64,000 nucleotides of DNA from Octopus sinensis (taxonomy: Eukaryota), in assembly GCF_006345805.1 (NCBI RefSeq), contig NC_042997.1:119536001-119600000 (forward strand), given 5' to 3'. The position numbers and the translations under genes were made by a program. Below the pieces are notes generated by a model that made no database searches, was not told the origin of the DNA, and saw nothing but the letters and a program-made list of their open reading frames with translations. This document shows, one piece after another, positions 62,101-64,000 of the stretch (its first letter is position 1; every line of letters starts with the position of its first letter).

Positions 62101-63660
62101 ATGTCCCAAATGCATGTTTCAGCGTGACGGCAAAGAATATGCGAAATAGGTTTGGGGACAAGACACAACTCTGTTTCACGCCACTACGTGCGTTGAATGC
62201 CTCCGCAAAAGAGACATCCGTGTGAAATGAATGAAAAATCCTGGGGAGTCTTGTAGGACAGCTAGTCTTGGAGGATAGCTAATCTTTATGAGGTCGATGA
62301 AGGTGATAAAGACGGGATTGTCTTAGTTCTCGCCACTTTTCCTATAGCAACTAGAGAAAGATCATGTCACTGAGATTCGGGGTATACCCCTCAGCGATTT
62401 TCTGTAGCTAATCTGGGGTCACGCTGGCAAAGACTTTCCCAACGATGGTTAACAGCAGGATACGTGGGTAGTTATTGCAGTCGATTTTGTTTCCTTTGTT
62501 CTCATATAGGGTGTCACTGCTGTAGTAGTCTCTCGTGTCTTGCGGTACGGCTCCTTCGTCCAACCACTGATACAGTAGCCTCAGCAATTGGCTAAGTGTA
62601 ACTCTCCTTGCGGATCTGATGATCCCTGTTGGGATACCATCCAAACTCGTCAGAGAAATGCTGTTCGCAGGCGATGCAGCACAGACAGTGCACTCTGAAG
62701 AACAACTGCAGCTCCTCGTGTTCAAAGTTTCAAAAGCCTGTCAGAAATTCAGCCTGACTATCAGTCTGAAAAAGACTCAAGTCATGGGTCAAAGTGTCAC
62801 GCACATCCCCACTATCATCACCAACACCTGCAAGCTGGAGGATATTCCATCAATTCACTTATCTCGGCTCTACGATCACTGATGAACTCTTCATGAACCT
62901 TGAGATTAACAGGCAAATCGGACAAGCATCTCCTACGTTTTCCATGGTCAGAAAGAGAGTCGGGGTGGGTAACTGGCTGCAAGCACCAAAATAGTTATCT
63001 ATAAGGCGTGCGTCCCTAAGTATTCTACATTACGGCAATGAGAGGTCGAAGCTCTGATCTAGACAGGAGGGGCGTCTCAACGTCTTTCACCTACGGAATT
63101 TGCAACATATTTTGAACATCAAGTGGAACGACCACATCGCCAACACCGAATTCTTCAACCGCACCAAGATATTCAGCATACACATCTTGCTCCAGCAGCG
63201 TCGTTTGTGCCGGCTTGGTCATGTTCATCGCATGCATGACGGAAGGATTCCAAAAGCCCTCCTGTAGAGGGAATTAATCACCGAGCAAGAACTCGAGGAG
63301 AACCTCATCTTCATTTCAAAGACGACCGCAGGAGGGGTATGAAGTCGCTTTATCTGAACGCCCTGAGATGAGAAGATGTTGGAAATGATTGCCCACACTG
63401 GAAACCAATACTGCGAAAGGGAATGAAGAGAGTGGAATAAGAACAAGGAACTCGCCACCAGATAAAGCTCATTCGACGTAAGGAAAAATCAGCAGCAGCA
63501 ACAGAGAGCTCCTTCGAATGCAGTCGTTGTATGCGTGACTGCCACTCCCGTATGGGCCTGTGTAGCCACAACCGACGCTGCACTACAATCAGCAGCTGAC
63601 ACGATTTCTTCGGGGGCAGATCCATGGTATCTCGAGATCGACATATGCTTATTACTATGA
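62101..63660 (+). mobile_element. RTE/BovB-like LINE 2 with 5' inversion (62101-~62597 antisense; ~62597-63660 sense)
   Basis: Antisense: EGAVPQD..YENKG..DCNNY..VGKVFA, DMIF and KQSCVLSPNLF..HAFGTS. Sense: REMLFAGDAA, ISLKKT, FTYLGS, RRLCRLGHV and CMRDCHSRMGLCSHNRRC, then a BovB-like 3' end. Confidence 0.88.
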
Positions 63661-64000
63661 GTTATCAGTAGCTTTGAATTACAAGTTGCTATTAAAATTG
63701 TCTTTTTCCTTCAGCCATTCCATTTATTCCTGTACAATTTTTTTGTACACAATATACGCCAATTTCATTTCCAGGAATACTACAAACAGTATCCTTAAAA
63801 GGAAACCATTTGCTTTTTCAATTGGAATCCTAATACTTCGGGCAGTTTAAAACACAATAGAACAAGTAACGTCTTCTAAGTGTTGATTCTTTTGTGCATG
63901 TATTTCATTATTTCGAAAATTCCCTTTCCTTTAAGGATATCTAGAGCTGTTTGCTTTCTATCAACGATGCTTTTGTAACACTATTAAATTCTGTGACTCT

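Noticed and set aside
62615-62640. CTGATGA followed by a TCCC/GGGA hairpin as an HHR
   Set aside because: No GAAA or stem III follows; it lies in decayed RTE coding sequence.

Overview
AT-rich eukaryotic (animal) non-genic DNA dominated by transposable elements and microsatellites. The repeat types resemble those of cephalopod (Octopus-like) genomes, which is an inference from repeat type and was not verified. I could not support any host protein-coding gene, tRNA or rRNA gene, or CRISPR array. Contents: (1) a near-full-length Penelope-like element (PLE; RT + GIY-YIG, direct pseudo-LTRs) at 24.5-28.6 kb, plus several truncated PLEs and solo pseudo-LTRs carrying canonical or variant hammerhead ribozyme (HHR) motifs; (2) about 8 co-oriented R4/Dong-type (restriction-like endonuclease) LINE pieces, nearly all embedded in (AAT)n tracts, with an internally deleted derivative and a ~550-bp non-coding passenger repeat using the same target; (3) two adjacent RTE LINEs with 5' inversions; (4) L1/Tx1-like ORF1 and ORF2 remnants; (5) a full-length decayed mariner, a Helentron/DINE-like element and three tRNA-derived SINE families. 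The best leads are a complete type I HHR inside the gag-like ORF at 14.6 kb, an 18-bp 5'-to-3'UTR complementarity at the deletion junction of the R4 derivative, and the (AAT)n-addressed retroelement cluster. Most short ORFs in the track are microsatellite translation artefacts. TE boundaries are approximate unless stated otherwise.
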